This document shows, one piece after another, positions 63,397 through 64,000 of a DNA stretch of 64,000 bases; the stretch's first letter is position 1, and the number at the start of each line of letters is the position of its first letter. The notes under the pieces were generated by a model that worked only from the letters and a program-made list of their open reading frames with translations, was not told the DNA's origin and did no database searches. Both the position numbers and the translations under genes were made by a program. The stretch is from Hydrolagus colliei (Eukaryota). The stretch covers positions 8,618,001-8,682,000 of the forward strand of contig CM068761.1 in NCBI GenBank assembly GCA_035084275.1. The letters are read 5' to 3'.

Positions 63397-64000
63397 ATAG
63401 ATTCATAGATTCATAGAATTTTACGGCACAAAAGGAGCCCATTCGGCCCATCTAGTCTGTGCCGGCTCTTTGAAAAGAGCGATTCAATCCCACTGCCCTG
63501 CCCGCTCCCCATAGCATAATAGACCTGTTCTCCCTAAATAAAGATCTAATTCCCTTTTATAAGTTGTTATCGAATCAGCCTCCACCACCTTTTCAGGCAA
63601 TGTATTCCAGATTCGAACAACTCGCTGAGTGACAAAATTTCTCCTCAGCTCCCCTCTACCTCGCCTTGAAACTATTTTAAATCTGTGACCACGAGTGGAA
63701 ATAGTTTTTCTCTATTTGCTCTGTCGAAACCCCTCATGATCTTATAAACCTCTATTAGGTCTCCCCTCAATCTTCTCTGCTCCAGAGAGAATAACCCTAG
63801 CCTATCCAGCCTCTCCTCATAGCTGAAGTCCCTCAATCCTGGCACCATCCTAGTAAATCTTCGCTGAACCCTTTCCAATGCCTTCACATCCTTTCTGTAG
63901 TGTGGTGACCAGAAATGAACACTGAGGCCTCACCAAAGCTGTATTCCAGCTGAGGCCTCACCAAAGTCCTATAGAGGTTAGTCAGCACTTCCTGACTTTT
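63397..64000 (-). mobile_element. CR1 LINE 3' portion, running off the window
   Basis: ALERVQRRFTRMVPGLRDFSYEERL, a 3' UTR and an (ATCTATGA)-type tail. Confidence 0.92.

Overview
Eukaryotic, repeat-rich DNA that looks like a cartilaginous-fish (shark, ray or chimaera; species not determinable) immunoglobulin lambda-type (type II/NS3-like) light-chain locus in cluster organisation. There are five paralogous units. A (minus strand, leader 61748 to C stop 58820) is the only intact gene: leader, germline-joined VJ and C. B has an intact C exon (49373-49695), but its promoter and VJ are deleted. C (38540 to 35635) is complete but carries three lesions. D (plus strand, 8643-9173) is a VJ with an in-frame stop and no C exon. 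E (11146-13355) is upstream DNA only, cut 22 nt before the expected ATG by a DNA transposon. No recombination signals lie between V and J. Units D and C carry a histone H2B pseudogene fused to a RUNDC1-like fragment, and two composite octamer/Ets/E-box motifs recur between units. A young 2.64-kb non-autonomous TIR element (5-bp TSD, SINE and RTE cargo) occurs five times, including an inverted nested pair and a three-copy tandem array at 13.4-24.1 kb. There are also three young CR1 LINEs (one nearly intact), many L2 fragments and a tRNA-headed SINE family. Family assignments come from motif recognition and recall, not database searches. Coordinates were counted by hand, and repeat boundaries are approximate.
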